This document shows positions 63,557 through 64,000 of a stretch of 64,000 bases of DNA, piece after piece. Position 1 is the stretch's first letter; each line of letters begins with the position of its first letter. The notes under the pieces are model-generated. The model saw nothing but the letters and a program-made list of their open reading frames with translations, did not search any database and was not told the origin of the DNA. The translations under genes and the position numbers were made by a program. The stretch lies in NCBI GenBank assembly GCA_032718475.1, contig JAUCBJ010008617.1, forward strand, positions 1-64,000, in the 5' to 3' direction. This DNA is from Nemertoderma westbladi. Lineage: Eukaryota > Animalia > Xenacoelomorpha.

Positions 63557-64000
63557 AACTAGGCCTTTCTGCCTTTTCCACCCTGGCCCCTGGCAGATTC
63601 AGCCTACAGAAGTCGAGAAGAGTAGGTCAGTCACTGATTGTAAGTTGATTGGCAGACTACAATTTGAAAATTCCCAGTTCCGGAGGTCCCACGAATTACT
63701 GGTATCAGGCGAGTACAGAGTACTTGTTTAAAGTCAGCGTTCAGGATTTTAGTGATAGCTGGATACAGGGATAAGAGGTAGATCAGTAGATGGAGCTGTA
63801 GACAGGTAGAGTGGTTTATGGCTCAGGCAGTGGGCAGGATCATGGCAATATGGATGCGTATCTCAATAATTAAAGAGTTCAAAATGGGGCCATTAGGCCT
63901 AATTCAGTACCGGTATTTGCAACACAACAGCAGACAATCAGAGCACACACATACTGCAGTACTGCTGACAGTAAAGCCTCAAGACCTTTACATGGCAATC

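Larger units (their letters stand above)
57626..63960 (-). mobile_element. Two-ORF CR1/L2-group LINE, near full length
   Basis: ORF1 and ORF2 as listed separately, a 3' UTR stem-loop near 57720-57765, and an (AAAT)n tail abutting the BEL integrase. The 5' end is not defined. Confidence 0.88.

Overview
AT-rich eukaryotic, probably invertebrate, DNA made almost entirely of nested and mostly decayed transposable elements. I found no host gene. Retroelements: several RTE-clade LINE copies, two CRE-clade RLE retrotransposons, three CR1/L2-group LINEs, a BEL/Pao integrase fragment and a tRNA-derived SINE. DNA elements: Sola1, Sola2, hAT, hATm, a Crypton-type tyrosine recombinase, a 9-kb MULE-like element, a P element, a DD37E Tc1/mariner present twice, and several MITE/HINE-type elements. 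Many boundaries are fixed by TIRs and TSDs read directly from the sequence. The most unusual items are four. (1) The MULE-like element carries two convergent genes that share an inverted-duplicated N-terminal domain. (2) The CRE reverse transcriptase has about 12 copies of a 19-aa repeat between its QGDPL and YADD motifs. (3) A LINE begins with a signal-peptide-like leader followed by a 2A-like DIETNPGP motif. (4) That LINE sits inside a SINE sharing its 3' stem-loop, and the empty site is preserved in a local duplication. Family names come from motif recognition by eye, not database searches.
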